DNA of 23,846 nt from Clostridiales bacterium (GTDB taxonomy: Bacteria; Bacillota; Clostridia; Christensenellales; Aristaeellaceae): positions 1 to 23,846 of the forward strand of contig SFIM01000033.1 of the NCBI GenBank assembly GCA_004556155.1, in the 5' to 3' direction. Below the pieces are notes generated by a model that was not told the origin of the DNA, made no database searches, and was given only the letters and a program-made list of their open reading frames with translations. Position 1 is the first letter of the stretch, and the number at the start of each line of letters is the position of its first letter. The position numbers and the translations under genes were made by a program. Shown one piece after another: positions 23,625-23,846 of the stretch.

Positions 23625-23846
23625 ATGCTGAAACTAAGAACGGCGCCGAATAAACGAAATTGGTTTTTAAGGGATTGGCAGTTGTACTTTATGCTGCTGC
23701 TTCCCATCGCTTATTACATTCTTTTCAAGTATATGCCGATGTATGGAACGCTCATCGCTTTCAAAAAGTTCAGTGCAAAGAAAGGAATTTGGGGAAGCAC
23801 CTGGGTAGGCTTTAAGAACTTTGAAAAGTTTCTGTCCGATCCTTAT
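23625..23846 (+). CDS. sugar ABC transporter permease, LplB/YtcP-like (5' partial; runs off the window)
   Basis: My own translation from ATG 23625 is MLKLRTAPNKRNWFLRDWQLYFMLLLPIAYYILFKYMPMYGTLIAFKKFSAKKGIWGSTWVGFKNFEKFLSDPY. It stays open to the window end and is not in the ORF track because it has no stop. The pattern W.LY.M..P...Y.IF.Y.PMYG..IAFK is typical of LplB-type permeases. Confidence 0.8.
   Translation, partial: MLKLRTAPNKRNWFLRDWQLYFMLLLPIAYYILFKYMPMYGTLIAFKKFSAKKGIWGSTWVGFKNFEKFLSDPY

Overview
This 23.8-kb chromosomal segment reads like a Gram-positive, Clostridia-like genome. The signs are Shine-Dalgarno RBSs, rho-independent terminators, a Nup/BMP-type ABC system and an LplB-type ABC system; the taxon cannot be verified from sequence alone.

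Left block (1-9.9 kb, GC-rich):
- tRNA-Thr(CGT) and tRNA-Pro(CGG) on the minus strand.
- A plus-strand operon of ABC exporter, AlaX-L trans-editing protein and M28 peptidase.
- A convergent Zn-ribbon membrane protein and a FloT-like flotillin, separated by a 420-nt hairpin-rich spacer.
- An AT-rich islet with an orphan membrane-anchored protein.
- An aldo/keto reductase-ferredoxin gene frameshifted in an A5 run.
- A decayed BspA-type LRR gene.
- tRNA-Ser(CGA), preceded by a phased repeat array.

A second AT-rich islet follows tRNA-Ser. It has a strong promoter, about 400 nt of ORF-free sequence and an orphan membrane protein.

Right block (11.5-23.8 kb, lower and more variable GC, genes on the minus strand):
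- A purine-salvage operon: BMP binding protein, adenine deaminase, tandem ATPase and two permeases. One permease carries a roughly 160-aa extra N-terminal membrane domain. PurBox-like inverted repeats flank the promoter.
- A tightly packed cluster of ribulokinase-like FGGY kinase, signal-peptide-less BNR/sialidase-fold propeller, HpcH/HpaI aldolase and GDPD phosphodiesterase. It is divergent from a sugar ABC permease that runs off the window.

I saw no CRISPR array, transposase, intact integrase or recognisable defence gene. The best candidate for an undescribed system is the BNR/HpcH/FGGY/GDPD cluster, which does not match the canonical sialic-acid or arabinose pathways. All functional calls rest on motif recognition by eye; no database search was possible.
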